A DNA stretch of 47,830 bases from a virus (taxonomy: Duplodnaviria > Caudoviricetes): positions 1 through 47,830 of the IMG/VR virus record IMGVR_UViG_3300048577_000065; one strand, given 5' to 3'. The notes beneath the pieces are model-generated. The model made no database searches. It worked only from the letters and a program-made list of their open reading frames with translations, and was not told the origin of the DNA. The position numbers and the translations under genes were made by a program. Shown piece after piece: positions 8,316 to 17,761 of the stretch (the first letter of the stretch is position 1; every line of letters starts with the position of its first letter).

Positions 8316-8740
8316 CTGGGCCTCCCTGATAGTGGGGCGCGGACGGTGGCAGGGATGTGCGACAGCAGCACCACGAAAGCGAGCAGCGCTGCGTAGTAGG
8401 CGGCCCGGTACCAGCCGCCCGGATCACCCGGCGGCGGGCCGGGCCACAGCTCGACAATCCACGCGGTCAGGTAGGAGCACAGGTGCAGGGTGGGCGCCAC
8501 GGTGAGCAGGCCCAGCCCGATCGGGGACCGGTGCTCCGACGCCGCGGTGGCCACCGCCACCAGGGCGGGCAGCACCCACATGCCGACCAGCACCGCAGGC
8601 GGGAGCAGCATGTGCCACGCGCCGGGACGGGCCGGGGACTCGCCGGCGATGATCCCGGCACCGATCAGGCACCAGATGCCGGCGGCCAGGATCATGCCCT
8701 CGGCCCGCACCCCGATGTGCCGGTGGATCAGCTGCCGCAC
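8312..8740 (-). CDS. Four-TM membrane protein of the lysis cassette
   Basis: Four hydrophobic segments; GTGA overlap with the next gene. Confidence 0.7.
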   Translation of the reverse strand: MRQLIHRHIGVRAEGMILAAGIWCLIGAGIIAGESPARPGAWHMLLPPAVLVGMWVLPALVAVATAASEHRSPIGLGLLTVAPTLHLCSYLTAWIVELWPGPPPGDPGGWYRAAYYAALLAFVVLLSHIPATVRAPLSGRPR

Positions 8741-8750
8741 AGGTCAGGCC

Positions 8751-8915
8751 TCAGATGGTCTTCGGCGGGACGGTCGGGATGGGGATCGTGGGTTTGCTGG
8801 TGCACACGAGCACGCCCTTCACCGGCTTGCAGGTGATGGTGGCGGCCTGTGCAGGTAGGGCGGTAGCGGCGGCCAGTACAAGGCCGGCGAGGGCGGCGGC
8901 GAGGATCTTGGGCAT
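8751..8915 (-). CDS. 54-aa secreted peptide precursor (missed by the ORF track)
   Basis: MPKILAAALAGLVLAAATALPAQA|ATITCKPVKGVLVCTSKPTIPIPTVPPKTI; AAAGGA RBS. Confidence 0.6.
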   Translation of the reverse strand: MPKILAAALAGLVLAAATALPAQAATITCKPVKGVLVCTSKPTIPIPTVPPKTI

Positions 8916-8933
8916 GGGCGGGTTTCCTTTCGG

Positions 8934-11900
8934 CTACTTGATGTAGGTGAGCCTGAGTTGCACGGGGCGGGCGGTGGTGTTGAGCACGGTGCCGTAGGTC
9001 TCCGCCCACTGGGTCTCGCCGGCGATGACATAGCTGAGTCCGTTGGCGCGGAGGTGGACGCTTCGATGGGAGGTGGACCAGATCGAGGTGATGTCGATCC
9101 ATGCACCGGCCGCTTGGGCGATCGCGTTGCCGTCGACCACACTGCCGGACACGGTCGCTGTGGCAGCGGTGGCGGTGGATGCCATGCCTCGTGGGAGCAG
9201 GCTTCCGAGGGTGCCGTTGTTGTAGAGGTAGACCTCCGCCTTGGTGATGGTGGCCCCGCTGGTGACTGTCGCGACGGTGCCGGCCTGCCCCTTGATGGAG
9301 GTGTTGTTGAACAGGCAGTGGAGGTAGCTTTCGTTGGCGAAGGCGCGGGCCGAGGCGAGGGCGCCGGAGGTGATGACCGACCCGGCGCCGTTCTGGTACA
9401 TGGCGGACGCGTTCCAGGTGGTGGTCCACAGCTTGGTGGTGGTGGTGGCCGCCATCGACACGCCTTTGTCTTCGACCACTACCTGCAGCGGCAGCGCCGA
9501 CGAGCCGCCAGCGTTGAGGCTGCCGCTGCCGGAGTAGAGCCTGACCCCGACCAGCAGCCGGACTTCCCGCTCGGCGGCCCATCCGGCGGTGTTCAGGGTG
9601 GCTTTGAAGCTGGGTTGGGCCATGTACTCGCCGGTGACCGGGATCACGGTGTTGATGGCGGATCGGAGTGCGGTGGAGCTGGTGGACACGGCGGCACCGT
9701 CGAGGCTGTAGCGCAGTGTGCTGGTGGCCCGGTTGTTAGCGACGGTGGAGGAGATGGCCAGGTTCGAGACGTCGATGGTGTAGGTGCGGCCGGGCTGCAG
9801 GGTGCAGCGGAGTTCGACCACCCCGGCCTCGGTGGTGTCGATGGCCGTGGTGTAGGCGGTGTAGGCGGTGTAGGCGATCATGCCCCGAGGCAGCGGTGCG
9901 AGGATCTCGTCGAGCGGCTCACCGCCGACCCGCAGCGCCTCGGTGGAGACCGACTGGAAGCCTGAGTGTCCGTCGGAGGTGATCGACGCGACCGGGTTCG
10001 CGGCGTCGAAGCCGATGCTGATCGCGTCCTTGCTGGTGGTCGACCCGATCCGCATCCACTGCTGGATTGCGTTCGACGCGGACGGGTTCGCCGTCCATGC
10101 CTGGAAGCCATTGTTGGGCTCGGCGCGTAGATGGGTGCCGGTCGTGGGACCCCAATAGGTGTTGATCGTGAAGATGTCGGTGGACGACATTTTGTTGGCC
10201 GTGATGCCGCCGTCAACAATGAGGCTGCCAGTGACCATTCTACGGAAATAGGCGTCGTCGAAGATGACCCGCGCGCCAGCAACGGCTCCCGAAGCTGCCA
10301 CAATGTACGGCACTGCGTAGGCGACGCCCTCGGGCACGGTGGCCGTTACGGCCACCTTCGACCAACCCGAAGTGGTGGGCGTGACCGAGGTCCCTGACGG
10401 AGACTGGACAAGGGTGCCATCGGCGGCACGCATCTTGATTGCGGCGGCCAGCGGGGACTGCGTGCCGCTAAGCGCCTTGATGAAGTATTCGTAATACAGC
10501 TGGTCGCCCTGCGACACAGGCGCATGGTAGGACGAATCGTTCAGTGGCCCGTTCCAGTAGACCAGGTCCGTGGTCGTGGTGATATTGCCCGCATACAAGT
10601 ACGAGAAGCCGTAGCTGCCAGACCGGAAGTATGTGGGGCTCGCGACCATCGTGCCCGTGGGAATCTGGGCCGGACTAACATTGCCGGTCTCGCACCCTCC
10701 ATTGGCAATCAAGTTATCGAATGCGCCGATCAGCACCTTGTTGGCCAGCACCGATCCGACTTCGAGCCGGGACCCGGCCAGAGACCCGAAGGTGCCCGCC
10801 CCGATGTCGATCTGGGGGATGTAGACGGGGTCGAGCGGCACCGACTCCCACGCGGTCCCGGTCCACCGGTAGACGGCGATCAATGCCCCGGAAGCGTTGC
10901 GTCGCTCGTATTTGTCGTTCGCTACCCCCGTGTAGCTGGCCGGAGGGGTAGCGGTCCCGGTCAGGATGCTGTTCTTGGCGTCGATCGACGGGCGCACCGT
11001 GGTGATCGTGTAGTCCCGGATGGCGTCGATGGCCGCCTGCGCCATGTCGTTGCTGACCGCCCGCTGCGGCACCCCCGACGCCTGCGCCGACGGGACTGAA
11101 TAGTTGCCCGACATGTCGACCGCGACCAGCCGCACATAGTAGGTCGTGCCGTAGGTGAGCCCCGACAATGTGACCGTCCCGCCGCGCAGGAAGGACGCTT
11201 TGCGGGTGGTCGACGACGCCGTCAGGTCCGGGGTGAATCCGCTGGTGGTGGACAGGTGCACCTCGCAGCGCACGAAGTCGGCGGGCATCTCGCCACCCAT
11301 GTGGTCCAGACCCGACCAGGCTGTTACCAGAGCACCCAGGTAGCTCGACACGGTCGGTGTCGCTGGCCCGTTGGGTGCCTCGGTGTCCGTCCCGAAGGTG
11401 ATGCTGGCGGTGGCGGACTGGACGCCTGGCTCGGTCGTCGTCACACCCAGAGCCCGCACCGTGAACAACCACGCCGACCCGACCATGAAGTCGGGCCACT
11501 CCACACTGGTGCCCGATGCGCTGGTGATCCGCCGCCACGCCGCCGCCGGCGTCTGGCCCTGCGGCTGCCCCCACAGCTCGTAGCCGGACACGTCCAGCGC
11601 TGTCCCGTCCGTCGCGGCCGTCACCGCCGCCCACGACGCGGACAGCCGCACCCGCCACTCCCCGAACGGATTCTGGTACAGCGTGCCGGTCACGGTCAGG
11701 CCGGTGGGGGCGGCGGGCTGCCGGAAGTCCTGCGGCTCCACCTGCACGGTGGTGCCGTTGCCGATCACACCGGTGGTGCCGCCGGTGATCGCCGACACCC
11801 GGCCCGCCAACGCCAAATCCTTCGCCGTGAAACGGTCACCCAACACAATGTTGCCGGACAGCCCGTTCTGCTCGTCCCGGGTGATCGTGATCTGCATCAC

Positions 11901-12950
11901 CCTCAGCCGCTCATCACCATCCGCGCCAGGCGCCGTCACCCAGTCGCCGACCTGGTAGTCCCGGAACGGCAACCACTTCCCGGACATGGTCAACGTCCTG
12001 GTGTATTCGCCCTTGATGCGGTTCCGGTCGTCGAGCTCGGCGTTACCGGTGTCCTCCAGGTCGTCGTCATCCTTGACGCCGGCCGAGTCGATCATCGCCT
12101 CCCACCGGCCGTACAGCTCCGGCACGCTGGGGTCCTTCACGGTGACCTTGTGCTTGCCGTCGCCCTTCACCAGCACCCGGGCGACCCGGTCCGCCTGCGA
12201 CGTCTTCGACGGGGCATCGGTCAGATCGTCCCCGTACAGCAGACGCACCGTCGCAGACAGGTCGGCCGAGGCCGACGACGGGTTGTAGATCCGCAAACCC
12301 CTGCCTCTGGTGCGCCAGTCACACAGCCCGTTCTTCACCAGGGCGTCGAGCTTGTCGTGCAAAGGCTGCCCGGCCGGGAACGCGCGGCCTTCGGCGTTCT
12401 TGCCGAGCTTCTTCGCCCAGCTGTTGCCGCCGGAATCCTTCGTGGTCGACCACGAATCCCGCAGCACCGGCACCGCCGGACCCGACCTCGCGTCGTGCTC
12501 GTCCAGCATCTTCTTGCACACATCGCCCGCATCCGAGCTGGCCGGGAACAGCCTCTGCCCGGCGTACTTCGACTTCTTGCCCTGCAGGGCACCCGTGTTC
12601 AGGTCGCACACCTTGTTCAGCAGCCACGACCACGACGGCAGTGTCAGGTCGTGCACCCGCGCCGTGTCGGTCTTGTCGTAGTCGTCGCCGACCATCAGGT
12701 ACCGGCAGTTGTCCGGCTCCACCCAATCGGCAGGGCCGCCCAGCCAATTGACCTCCAGCGCCACATCGAGGCCGGCGTTCAGGCCGCGCGCGGCGATCGC
12801 CCCACCTTCGGCCAGCTCCGAATACTTCACCGTGAGCGCGCCGTCGTTGTTGTGCACCACCGACGCCTGCCACGACAGCGGCGCCGGCAACACACCCAGC
12901 GGAGTGTCCGTCCCAGGCTGGTAGGCCCTGAGGCGCAAGTCGTAGCTCAT
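8934..12950 (-). CDS. Large minor tail protein (Tal/central fibre: hub, FN3-like and carbohydrate-binding-like modules)
   Basis: 1338 aa, after Dit; PAAPTGL and TYYVRLVAVD FN3-like motifs; NLIANGGCETG...IFDDAYF CBM-like block. Confidence 0.85.
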   Translation of the reverse strand: MSYDLRLRAYQPGTDTPLGVLPAPLSWQASVVHNNDGALTVKYSELAEGGAIAARGLNAGLDVALEVNWLGGPADWVEPDNCRYLMVGDDYDKTDTARVHDLTLPSWSWLLNKVCDLNTGALQGKKSKYAGQRLFPASSDAGDVCKKMLDEHDARSGPAVPVLRDSWSTTKDSGGNSWAKKLGKNAEGRAFPAGQPLHDKLDALVKNGLCDWRTRGRGLRIYNPSSASADLSATVRLLYGDDLTDAPSKTSQADRVARVLVKGDGKHKVTVKDPSVPELYGRWEAMIDSAGVKDDDDLEDTGNAELDDRNRIKGEYTRTLTMSGKWLPFRDYQVGDWVTAPGADGDERLRVMQITITRDEQNGLSGNIVLGDRFTAKDLALAGRVSAITGGTTGVIGNGTTVQVEPQDFRQPAAPTGLTVTGTLYQNPFGEWRVRLSASWAAVTAATDGTALDVSGYELWGQPQGQTPAAAWRRITSASGTSVEWPDFMVGSAWLFTVRALGVTTTEPGVQSATASITFGTDTEAPNGPATPTVSSYLGALVTAWSGLDHMGGEMPADFVRCEVHLSTTSGFTPDLTASSTTRKASFLRGGTVTLSGLTYGTTYYVRLVAVDMSGNYSVPSAQASGVPQRAVSNDMAQAAIDAIRDYTITTVRPSIDAKNSILTGTATPPASYTGVANDKYERRNASGALIAVYRWTGTAWESVPLDPVYIPQIDIGAGTFGSLAGSRLEVGSVLANKVLIGAFDNLIANGGCETGNVSPAQIPTGTMVASPTYFRSGSYGFSYLYAGNITTTTDLVYWNGPLNDSSYHAPVSQGDQLYYEYFIKALSGTQSPLAAAIKMRAADGTLVQSPSGTSVTPTTSGWSKVAVTATVPEGVAYAVPYIVAASGAVAGARVIFDDAYFRRMVTGSLIVDGGITANKMSSTDIFTINTYWGPTTGTHLRAEPNNGFQAWTANPSASNAIQQWMRIGSTTSKDAISIGFDAANPVASITSDGHSGFQSVSTEALRVGGEPLDEILAPLPRGMIAYTAYTAYTTAIDTTEAGVVELRCTLQPGRTYTIDVSNLAISSTVANNRATSTLRYSLDGAAVSTSSTALRSAINTVIPVTGEYMAQPSFKATLNTAGWAAEREVRLLVGVRLYSGSGSLNAGGSSALPLQVVVEDKGVSMAATTTTKLWTTTWNASAMYQNGAGSVITSGALASARAFANESYLHCLFNNTSIKGQAGTVATVTSGATITKAEVYLYNNGTLGSLLPRGMASTATAATATVSGSVVDGNAIAQAAGAWIDITSIWSTSHRSVHLRANGLSYVIAGETQWAETYGTVLNTTARPVQLRLTYIK

Positions 12951-13414
12951 TTGCCGCACCCCCGACCCTGATCGGTGCCACGCTGGAGCCCATCACCCTC
13001 AAAGGAGAGGCCATGACCGAATACCGGTTCGTCACCTTCAACCAGCCCATTGGCCCCATCGTCCCGCCCGTGGGGGGCGTGGCGACGCTGACGATCGATT
13101 TCCTCGAATCGATCCCGGCGCTGGCCGAGCAGATGGAGGGCTGGGAGGTCGTCGGGTTCCACGTCGTCCCAGCCAGCGAGAGCATGCTTCTGATGCTGCT
13201 GCTCAAGATGGACGTCACCGTCCCTGACAATCCGGCAGGTGTGGCTGGTGAGCTCGACCAGCAGCCGGGCACTTAGCGCCTTCGCCGGGTCCGCAGAGAT
13301 CACTCCCTGCACGAGACGCGCAGGATCGGCCGAGATCACGCCGTGCATCACCTTGGCCGGGTCGGCCGAGATCACACCCTGCACGGTCAGCGCCGGGTCC
13401 GCCGAGAGGATCAC
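12947..13414 (-). CDS. 155-aa ORF with four N-terminal GVISADPA repeats, translationally coupled at both ends
   Basis: GTG overlaps the Dit stop (GTGA); TGA overlaps the Tal start (ATGA); repeat copies differ mainly at synonymous positions. Confidence 0.55.
   Translation of the reverse strand: MILSADPALTVQGVISADPAKVMHGVISADPARLVQGVISADPAKALSARLLVELTSHTCRIVRDGDVHLEQQHQKHALAGWDDVEPDDLPALHLLGQRRDRFEEIDRQRRHAPHGRDDGANGLVEGDEPVFGHGLSFEGDGLQRGTDQGRGCGK
13013..13276 (+). CDS. 87-aa DUF4177-like protein, antisense within the tail operon
   Basis: Strong RBS AAAGGAGAGG; MTEYRFV...LAEQMEGWEVVG pattern. Confidence 0.7.
   Translation: MTEYRFVTFNQPIGPIVPPVGGVATLTIDFLESIPALAEQMEGWEVVGFHVVPASESMLLMLLLKMDVTVPDNPAGVAGELDQQPGT
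13283..13414 (-). repeat. Four 33-bp tandem repeats encoding (Q/H)GVISADPA
   Basis: Imperfect GCCGGGTCGGCCGAGATCAC units at a 33-bp period. Confidence 0.9.
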
Positions 13415-14247
13415 AGGTAGCTCCCTTGCGCTCGCACCGCCAGAGTCGTGGCCGCGGTCATGCCCGACCCGGACGCCGAGATCAGCACCTTTCTGGTCGT
13501 CGCGGTCTGCACCACCGGCCACAACTGCAACCGGCCCGCCGCCGGGAAGCTGACCAGGCCGGACACGTCCGTGCCGCCTGAGGCCCATGCACTATCCGAC
13601 GACGACAGCCGACCCGACAGCGGCCTCGCGGACAGGTACAGGTACTGGCCGGCCGCCACCGTGCCCGTGTACGAGATCCCCGTCCCCGTCGTCGGATCAG
13701 TGACGTACGGATTCGTGCACGGCCCGCCCACCCGCACCACCGCATCCACAACCGGCCCGGTAGACCCCGACAGGCCAGCCATCTCGACATTGGTCAGAGC
13801 GGACGCGAACACGATCGCCGACGACGTCCACACCGCGGTGCGGAAGAACACGCCGGGCACCCGGTACTGGGCGGTGATCCTCGCGGTCCGGGCGTAGGTG
13901 AAGTCGTCCTGGCTGATCGACTTCAGCTTGGCCACCGCGGACGTGGCCAGTGCACCGGACACCCTCGACAGGGTCAGGGTGGGTGCGGCCAGGATCGCGG
14001 TGGCCTGATTCACCGCCTCTTCCAGCGCCGCCTGGGACGCCTGCCGGGACCGTAGCGTCAGTGTGACGGTCGGCTCCTCGTACACCGGCAGGCCGGGGGC
14101 GAGCGCACCATGCTGGCCGGGGATCACGATCGACACGTCCCGTACTGTCACCGGCGGACGCCACACCGTCGCGTCGGTCAGGAACAGGTTCCCGAAAGCG
14201 GTTTCGAACGGGACGCCGTTGACCGTCCACGAGAAGTCGCTGGCCAT
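13411..14247 (-). CDS. Distal tail (Dit-like) minor tail protein
   Basis: 278 aa directly after the tape measure gene; IPGQHG and GPCTNP motifs. Confidence 0.75.
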   Translation of the reverse strand: MASDFSWTVNGVPFETAFGNLFLTDATVWRPPVTVRDVSIVIPGQHGALAPGLPVYEEPTVTLTLRSRQASQAALEEAVNQATAILAAPTLTLSRVSGALATSAVAKLKSISQDDFTYARTARITAQYRVPGVFFRTAVWTSSAIVFASALTNVEMAGLSGSTGPVVDAVVRVGGPCTNPYVTDPTTGTGISYTGTVAAGQYLYLSARPLSGRLSSSDSAWASGGTDVSGLVSFPAAGRLQLWPVVQTATTRKVLISASGSGMTAATTLAVRAQGSYL

Positions 14248-17200
14248 CAGGACCCCCCACCGAAGCCGAGCGCGGCCGCGGCCTGCAGGCCGCGGTTCAC
14301 GGTCGCTGAGCTGGGCTCGGGGATCGGGTAGTGGGTCACCGCGCTCACGTTGATCGTCGGGCCGGCGGCAGGCTGGCCGTACAGCACCTGCCGGGCCACC
14401 CGGTAGTCCCGGATTCCACCGTCGGCGTTCCGCCAGATCACGTCACCGCCGAGCCGGTCCGCCACCTCCGACGTGATCGTGCGCGACCTGGTCTTCTTGC
14501 CGGGATGGCCGCTGACGAACGCTTCCCACGGTCCCGCGCCGGTCTCAGCCCACTGGATACCCCGCGGGCCGCGGTTCGGCTGGATCTGCGGCTGCTGCGC
14601 ACCGATCGTCCCGTCGAGACCACCGTCTGCGAACGACTTCCGGATACCAGCGCCAGCGAGGGCCGAGTAGATCGCCCCATCGGCGGTCGAGAACTGCGGG
14701 CCACCGTTGATCCGCCACACCGTCTTCAGGGTCACGTCGAACGTGGACTGGGTCAGCTTGGGGCGGATCTTCGGGTACTTGTCGCCCGGCTTCCACACCT
14801 TCCACTCGCGGCCGCCCTTGTTGTCGAGCGTCGACTCGATGTTGGCCTTCACGTCGGCCGGGATCAGACCCATCTCGTCGGCCATCTCACGGGCCTTGGT
14901 TCCCCCGTACCCGGCCGCGATCGCCGCGTTGACGTAGGCGACTCGTGCCCGCTTGGTCGCCTCCGCCGCCTCGTCGCTCGAGTGTCCCTGCGCGACGAGG
15001 GTCTGGACGTAAGCGTGGGCGGAGGTTGCGAGCTCGTCGAGTGCCCGCTTGTTCTGCCGGTTCACCTCGTAGTCGAGCGAGGTCGACCCGACCTTCTGCT
15101 GCTTCTTCCGGTTCTTCCTAATCGTTTCGTCGGCGTCGTCGATCGCCGCCTCGAACCCAATCTTGGTTCCGGACATCTTGAGGGCGTCCTGCGCGACCTT
15201 GAACATCGACGCAGCGAACGCCTCCGCAGACTCGGTCGCCCCCACAAGGGCGCGGTCCGTGTCCGAGAGAGAGTCGGTGAGTTCCCCGTTGCTCTGCATC
15301 GCCAGCTGGATTGCGCCGGGCACCTGCCCGCGCATCCACCCCACATAGTCCTCGGCAGCCAAGTTGGTGACGCCGTACTGCTGAGCGAGCGCCTGCAGGC
15401 GTGCCTTGTACTGCGGGAACTGGGCCAAGAGCGCCTCGTTGCTCACGCCCTGCTCTCGCGCGGCCCGGGAGATCTGCTGGAAGGACGTGACGGCCTGGTC
15501 GCTGTCCATCGTGGCGAGGGCCTGGTCGACCTTCGACACCTGTTCGGCCAGCTGGTCGAAGTTGGTCTTCAGCCCGACCAAGCCGTGCATGGTCCGAGCG
15601 AGCCCGTTCCCGAAGCCGGAGAGGCCCTCGCCGCCGGCCGCAAGGTCCCGGAGTGCCTCACCGGTGCTTCTGACCAGGGGTGCGCCGGTGCGGAACCCGA
15701 GGATCGAGGATTGTACCTCGCCGAGTTCGCTGTTGAGCTTCGTCAGGCCGCCACCGGTGCCTGCGCTGGCGGCGGCCTCGGCCATGTCGGCCAGTGAGCT
15801 GGCGGTCTTGTCGATCGCGGCCTGCTGCATCGACCCGAAGACCGACGCGATCTGCAGCGTGGCGAGCGCGATACCGAGGGCCTTGGCACCCTTGGTGACG
15901 CCGCTGATCGCCTTGCTCGCGTTCGGTGCCTCGGTGCTGATCTTGCGGAGCGCATCGCGATAGTCGGCAAAGGCGGTCACGCCCTTCAGCAGCATTCCGG
16001 TAGCGAGCAGGCCGACCCCGGTGAGCGCCGTCATCCGGGCGCCTGCTCCCAGCAGTGGTGCGGGAAGCTCACCGATCGCGTTCACAGCGCCGGTGGCGCT
16101 CTGCGTGAGGCCGCGCAGCATCTCGTTCATGCCGGATCCGGACTGGATCAGGGCCGAATCGATCGCCCCCGACAGCTGCTCTACATCACCCGCCAAGTTG
16201 TCGAGGCGGGTGGCGGCCGCCCGGGCGGCATAGCCTGCATCGTCGACCTGGTTGACCCAGGATTCGATGCCCTTCGCGCCCTGGTCGAAAAGCACCCGGG
16301 CCGCAGTCACCTGCTGGTTGCCGAACAGAATCCCCAGGGACGCGTCCTTGGCCTTGTCGGACACCCCGGCGTACGCCTTCTGCAGCTCGCCGGCCATGTT
16401 CGACAGGCCCTTGAACTTCCCGTTCCCGTCGTACAGGCTGATCTTGAGCCGCTCGATCTCCTTGCGTGCCGCCGCGGACGGGCTCGTGAGCGAGGCGAGA
16501 ACACCGCGGAGACTCGTGCCGGCCTGATCGCTGATGATTCCCTGCGATGCGAACGCCGCCAGCGCCCCGGTCGCCTCCTCGATCGAGACACCCATGCCGG
16601 CCGCGACCGGGCCCACGTACTTCAGCGCGTTCGCCAGGTCGGACACTTCACCTTGGGCCTTGCCGGCACCGGCAGCGAGGAGGTCGGCCACGTGGCCCAC
16701 CTGGGCGCCGGACAGGCCGAACTGAGTCAGGGCGGTCGCCGCGATCTCGGCCGATTCCGCCACCGACAGCTGCCCGGCCGCCGCCAGATCGAGGGCACCC
16801 TTCAGGCCACCGCCGACCACGTCCCGAGCCGAGACGCCGGCCTTGAGCATGTTCTCGATACCCTCGGCGGCCTCGGAGGCGGAGAAGACCGTGTCCGCGC
16901 CCAGTCTGAGGGCGGTCTCTCGCAACGCGCCGAGGCTGTTCGCAGCATCCGAGCCGGTCGCCTTGACGTTCGACATGGCCTGGTCGAAGTCCGCGAACTT
17001 CTTCGTCGCGACCGCAACGCCGGCCACCATCAGGCCGCCGGCAATCGTCGCGGTCGTCGACAGGCGCTCGAACTGCTCCCGGTTCGCCGCCACCTCAGTC
17101 GTCAGCGCGGAGACGTGGCCCTTCGCCTTGGTCCACTGGGTGCCGATCGCGGTACCCGCACGGGCCAGGACAGGGAGCTTCGCCGCCGACTTCTCGACCG

Positions 17201-17333
17201 CCGCGTCAGCCTTCTTCCCGGCCTGTTCGATCGCCGCCGCGGCCTGTTTCGCCGCAGCCTCCGACTCCTTGAACCCCTGCTTCAGGCCAGAGGCGACCGC
17301 ACCCAAGCGGACGAAGATCGAGCGATCGCGCAC
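14247..17333 (-). CDS. Tape measure protein (TP901-family core)
   Basis: 1028 aa, Ala-rich; FDQAMSNV, TVFSASEAA, AGTSLRG, RLDNLAGD motifs. Confidence 0.95.
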   Translation of the reverse strand: MRDRSIFVRLGAVASGLKQGFKESEAAAKQAAAAIEQAGKKADAAVEKSAAKLPVLARAGTAIGTQWTKAKGHVSALTTEVAANREQFERLSTTATIAGGLMVAGVAVATKKFADFDQAMSNVKATGSDAANSLGALRETALRLGADTVFSASEAAEGIENMLKAGVSARDVVGGGLKGALDLAAAGQLSVAESAEIAATALTQFGLSGAQVGHVADLLAAGAGKAQGEVSDLANALKYVGPVAAGMGVSIEEATGALAAFASQGIISDQAGTSLRGVLASLTSPSAAARKEIERLKISLYDGNGKFKGLSNMAGELQKAYAGVSDKAKDASLGILFGNQQVTAARVLFDQGAKGIESWVNQVDDAGYAARAAATRLDNLAGDVEQLSGAIDSALIQSGSGMNEMLRGLTQSATGAVNAIGELPAPLLGAGARMTALTGVGLLATGMLLKGVTAFADYRDALRKISTEAPNASKAISGVTKGAKALGIALATLQIASVFGSMQQAAIDKTASSLADMAEAAASAGTGGGLTKLNSELGEVQSSILGFRTGAPLVRSTGEALRDLAAGGEGLSGFGNGLARTMHGLVGLKTNFDQLAEQVSKVDQALATMDSDQAVTSFQQISRAAREQGVSNEALLAQFPQYKARLQALAQQYGVTNLAAEDYVGWMRGQVPGAIQLAMQSNGELTDSLSDTDRALVGATESAEAFAASMFKVAQDALKMSGTKIGFEAAIDDADETIRKNRKKQQKVGSTSLDYEVNRQNKRALDELATSAHAYVQTLVAQGHSSDEAAEATKRARVAYVNAAIAAGYGGTKAREMADEMGLIPADVKANIESTLDNKGGREWKVWKPGDKYPKIRPKLTQSTFDVTLKTVWRINGGPQFSTADGAIYSALAGAGIRKSFADGGLDGTIGAQQPQIQPNRGPRGIQWAETGAGPWEAFVSGHPGKKTRSRTITSEVADRLGGDVIWRNADGGIRDYRVARQVLYGQPAAGPTINVSAVTHYPIPEPSSATVNRGLQAAAALGFGGGS

Positions 17334-17365
17334 GGCGACACCCCCTCTCGGGCAGACTTGGACGC

Positions 17366-17761
17366 GTGAAGAAGGCGATCTGGGGGGCCGTGGTCACGCT
17401 GCTGATCACGGGCTGCTCGGGGGGCGCCGACTACTCAAAGAAGCAGTTCGGCTCAGTCAACGAACTCGCCACAGCGGTCTCCGCCGTGGAGGGCTGGTCA
17501 TGTATGACCGACCAGCTCGGCGACGAGACGCACACGCGCGAAGCGCTCGCGCTGTACGGCTGGGCGTCAGGAACCTGCTCCGCAGGATCACTCGCGATCT
17601 ACGGATCCGACGCAAAACGGTCAGAGCTCGCGTCGAACGAGTGGAATGCGTTGCTTCCCGGCAAGTGCCGGCTGGACGGCGGCAACTGGTCGGTCTGGGG
17701 CCAGCAGTACGCGGTCGAGGCTGCACAGAAGAAAATGTCAGGCGAGCTCACCTGCGGCTGA
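17366..17761 (+). CDS. Lipoprotein inserted antisense between the tail chaperone and tape measure genes
   Basis: MKKAIWGAVVTLLITG|C lipobox; four further Cys residues. Confidence 0.8.
   Translation: MKKAIWGAVVTLLITGCSGGADYSKKQFGSVNELATAVSAVEGWSCMTDQLGDETHTREALALYGWASGTCSAGSLAIYGSDAKRSELASNEWNALLPGKCRLDGGNWSVWGQQYAVEAAQKKMSGELTCG

Noticed and set aside
8934-12950. Diversity-generating retroelement or invertase shuffling of tail genes
   Set aside because: No reverse transcriptase, serine invertase or template/variable repeat pair was seen
13283-13414. 33-bp repeats as a CRISPR array or iterons
   Set aside because: No unique spacers and no cas genes; variation is synonymous, pointing to a peptide repeat
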